From Lytechinus pictus (Eukaryota), in the NCBI RefSeq assembly GCF_037042905.1, contig NC_087251.1, positions 21,206,001-21,270,000 of the forward strand: a stretch of DNA of 64,000 nt, in the 5' to 3' direction. The notes beneath the pieces are model-generated. The model worked only from the letters and a program-made list of their open reading frames with translations, was not told the origin of the DNA and did not search any database. Positions 60,030 through 64,000 of this stretch are shown piece after piece; positions within the stretch are counted from its first letter, which is position 1, and the number at the start of each line of letters is the position of its first letter. The position numbers were made by a program, and so were the translations under genes.

Positions 60030-62892
60030 AGGGCCAGGCCCTAGCTATATTAGCTATATTAGCTTGGCCCCTTTGTCACTTCTAGTCTAGATCTGCAGTA
60101 GTCAGTAGATCTATTCTGATCTAGTTTTCTATCTAGGGTCTAAGTTAGACTTAGACTAGTCACTAGACCTCCTAGATCTAGATCTAAGAAATTTAAATTT
60201 GTCTTGGTTAGCTGAGCTGGCCCTACCATTGTATTACTACTTTACTAGATCTACATGTAGGCTTACCCCGGTTTGGGCCTTGGTTCTGGCCAGGGAATGA
60301 GGTGGTGCAGCCCTGCATGCCCCTGGACCGGGTCTGGCTTGGGTTCCTTCCATTCATGCTTTTATTATAGATCAAAATCGAGACCTAATTCGGGACCCAA
60401 TTAGCAATACAAGAGATCTGAAATAGATGTAGCTCAGGCAGAACCAGTGATCGCTTGTAATTTATTTGTATATTCTAGGGCCCAAAATTGAAACTGTCTT
60501 TGCATCATTAGTAAGCTAATCATTTGTAGGGCCTATCTATCATAGATTATCTAACATTATGGATCTACTAGAACTACAAATGTTACTCTAGATCCATTCT
60601 ATGTCTAATCTTTAGCCTGGCTTCTTAACTCTGACATTAAAATTCAAATTGAGTCTAGTACTGTAGGTTCTAACTTAGACCTTTGGAAGGCGGTGCCTCT
60701 GCTGCCTACGCTACGGTGGTGGAGCCCCCTGGGTTTATGACAGAGCTATGGAATAGGGTAGTCTAGCTCTAATATTGTTTTCTAATGCCAGGGGTAGAGG
60801 CCTAGATCTAGTCAAGATTCATCAGTCGGAAGATGTGCACTACAATAACATGTAGAGTATAATACCCTAGAAGCGAGTTGGGGGGGGGGGAGTCCCTCTC
60901 TGTTAAGCAAAAAAAAAACAACTGAAATGATTGGTGTGTATTGTGATAAAATAATCTAGAAAACCCTGGGACACCCTCTGTGTTAACAAAGACTGGAGAC
61001 TACTGAACAGGAAGGGAAAGAAAGGGGGGGGGGAGAAGAATTATGATAAATGATGACAACATTGTATGTTGATATCTAATATAGATATTAATGTACATCT
61101 TCGATTGATATTTTAGACTCTTCTAATTTTTAACAAAAGCAATGAGTTGAACATGCAGTCAACAACAAAAAAATAGATCTACATGTATGTATCCTCTGTG
61201 TTTTCTGATTTGAATATATTCTCTGCGAGCTGGCTGCTGGCCTGTAGACAAGCTACCTGTTTGATAAGTTTAATACACTTCTGAGGATATAGTGCACATT
61301 TTAGTTCTTTGATTTGTTTAACAGGTTAAAAACCTTATCAAATGCCTTTTATATTAATTTTAAACCAATGCACAAGTAATATGCTTTGAGAAAAGGCATT
61401 TCCATTACCGGTAACTACAAGATTTGGTTTCTGATCTGTGGATAAAAATAACCATGATAATTGAAATTCTCTTGGAGACTGTTATCAAGATTTTTTTTAC
61501 TATATTCTATTTCTTTTACCTATTTACTCTAAAGGATTTTTTAGATAAATCATTAAAGGGGTGCTTTTTTTAGAAAAAAAAACCTTGGCAATTTGAATTT
61601 TTAAAAATCCCTAATTTTTGTATAAATAATAGAATTATAAGGCCTACAATTTTCTTACCTATCAAAACCTATCTTTAGAAGTATTCATATATTGCGTGTG
61701 TAAATCATTTTTCTAACATATTTTTCTAACAGAAAAAAAGGAATTTGAAGCCTTAATGAAACACTTGTACTCTCCTTGCAATATTGCATCCTAAGTGATA
61801 AAAGGTGCAAAAATTGACCTTGTCATTATTGTTTGCACCCAGAAATGTTCGTTTGCACAATGAAAGGGGCAACATTTTACCTTTTAAGGTGCATAATAGT
61901 ATTACTTAAACATTAAAAATGTTCAAATCTTTTAGCCTTTATTACATGGTTCAAATCTGCTACACCCATAAAGGTGCACAAATGAGCATAATCGCTCTCA
62001 TTGGCACTCCTTATTGTACCAACCCCTAAGGTTCAAATTTGAACCTTCTTAGTGTTTTCATCAAACCATTTCAAGGTTGAATGACTAGACCTTATTTGCC
62101 TTTGATTAGTATTCTCAATGCACTCATGGATAGAATTCATTTTTACACAGTTCTGAAAAAAGCCAGTGAAACTGTCCCAACACCCCTGTCAAATATATTT
62201 GACAAAATCTGTAATGATTAAATATTTTTTTAAAGAAGGAACTTCAGTTGTTTATTCAAAATGTAAATATGAATTCATTCTCATCTGTTACTATTAAAAA
62301 TTTTGTATTCACTTTCCTAACAGTTGAACCACACAAACGATGAGAAGAGGTAGAAATAAAGAGGGGGATTGCAACTGGAAGGAGATGGAAGTCCAGACAC
62401 TCTGCCACTGTGTGCCATTGAACAAGAAATATATTTTAGTATGAAGGTGAGTTTTTATATAAAGTTGTGTTTATTGAATATTCTACTTGTAAATACAAGT
62501 ATACTGTACGGTAATATTTATTTTAACTTATTTTATTGTTTTTAAGAGCAGTTGTAAATGTGATGTACTGTTATATATCATTCATTTTCAAATATGAATC
62601 TCTTTTACAATTCATCTCATACAATTCATCTCAACAAAGAGACTAACAATGTGAGCTTACAAGCATAAACACAATATAAGTGCATTTAAGAATAAAATAG
62701 TGGTAGGAGTAGAAGGGAGAGGTCGCAAGTTGATAACATAAACATGACCTTGACCTCAATTTTGTGTTGTTGTATTTTTTCGCCACATATGAACATTTTC
62801 TCCAATGACTTGATTGAAATGAAATATATTCTTACAACCATATAAGGGTATAAAAAATAATATTCGGAGACTATTAACCCATTTTTTATTTT

Positions 62893-63481
62893 AAGTCCAC
62901 CCCAACAAAAAGTTGATTTGAATAAAAAGAGAAAAATTCAACAAGCATAACACTGAAAATTTCATCAAAATCGGATGTAAAATAAGAAAATAATGACATT
63001 TTAAAGTTTTGCTTAATTTCACAAAACAGTTATATGCACATTCTGGTGGGTATGCAAATGAGGTGACTGATGACGTCATCCACTTACTATTTCTTTGGTA
63101 TTTTATAATATGAAATATGGAATATTCAATTTTTCTCCTCATTGTCAAGTGAAAGAACAATTAATTCCTCCCTGAACATGTGGAATGAGCATTGTTTAAT
63201 ACTATATGATCAGTCAAGTTGTTTCTTATTGTCAAATCTATATAAAAAAAAAGAAATATAGTATAATTCAAACAATGAAAAACAAAAGAAATAGTGAGTG
63301 AGGGACATCATCGACTGTCTCGTTTGAGTTGTGCATACAATGTTTTGTGAAAAATAAGCAAAACTTTAAAATGTCATAACTTTCTTATTTTACATCCGAT
63401 TTTGATGACATTTTCAGCGTTTTGCTAGTTTGATTTTTCTCTTTTTATTCAAATCAACATTTTCTGGGGTGGATTTGACCT
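62893..63481. mobile_element. Kolobok-like MITE, same family as 43641-44244
   Basis: Collinear with 43641-44244 and ends GGGGTGGATTTGACCT|TTAA. The first few bases are missing. Confidence 0.8.
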
Positions 63482-64000
63482 TTAAATCATATTTATACAG
63501 TCATGATTAAAGGACATGGGACAGGTAACAAGATTACATTGTTTTACAAATTTTAATGTGAATTTATTTTAAAAGTAATAAATTTACATAAAATGTCATT
63601 CTTTTTGCTTCATCTCTTTGTTCGTTTTTTTTTTATTGAATCGGGAGGGGGTGGGGTGTGGTTAAAATATGATTTGCCCCTCAGAACACACTTGTTTCCC
63701 TCCTAAAAATAGTAACTAATATTTGTAGAAAATTGTATGATTGTTTTTTTTATGAACTCTGAATATTTTCCCATAAATTGTCAAATTGGGAAAATAATTG
63801 ATTGAGATGAAGATTTGAAGTAGGAAGGGCGAGAAATTAAAAGAAATTTCATATAAAAGTGAGAAAGATCCAGAGATGCAAAGATTACACTGTATAGGGA
63901 ATAATGAGAGAGAGAGGGGGGGGGGCGAGGTGAAGTAGAACGGGAAAAAAAAAGTACTATAAATGTGAAGGAGTCATTAACAGAGATAGATGTATTGAGA

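Overview
AT-rich, repeat-dense animal genomic DNA. The repeat landscape suggests a marine invertebrate, probably a sea urchin, which is inference only. The window lies inside one minus-strand host gene, NDUFAF5 (mitochondrial complex I assembly factor, SAM-methyltransferase fold). Four consecutive coding exons were found by hand and splice into one open frame: 55811-55705, 38086-38047, 21242-21132 and 20156-20070. The introns are about 17.6 kb, 16.8 kb, 1 kb and apparently over 20 kb. The most striking object is a 5,062-bp Tc1 (DD34E) fold-back complex at 4625-9686. It is built only from 3' transposon ends, has 1,255-bp inverted arms that each hold almost the whole transposase ORF, and has a 428-bp loop carrying the start codon, present in both orientations. 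It also bears the signature of a later in-situ inverted triplication. The introns also hold Harbinger-, Kolobok-, Sola- and Tc1-like MITEs, Helentron/Helitron-type elements (with DR1-bearing tandem arrays or embedded tRNA-like Pol III units), a tRNA-SINE, a Penelope GIY-YIG relic and a CTAG-rich island. All coordinates and counts are manual, and TE superfamily calls rest on termini and TSD patterns, not database searches.
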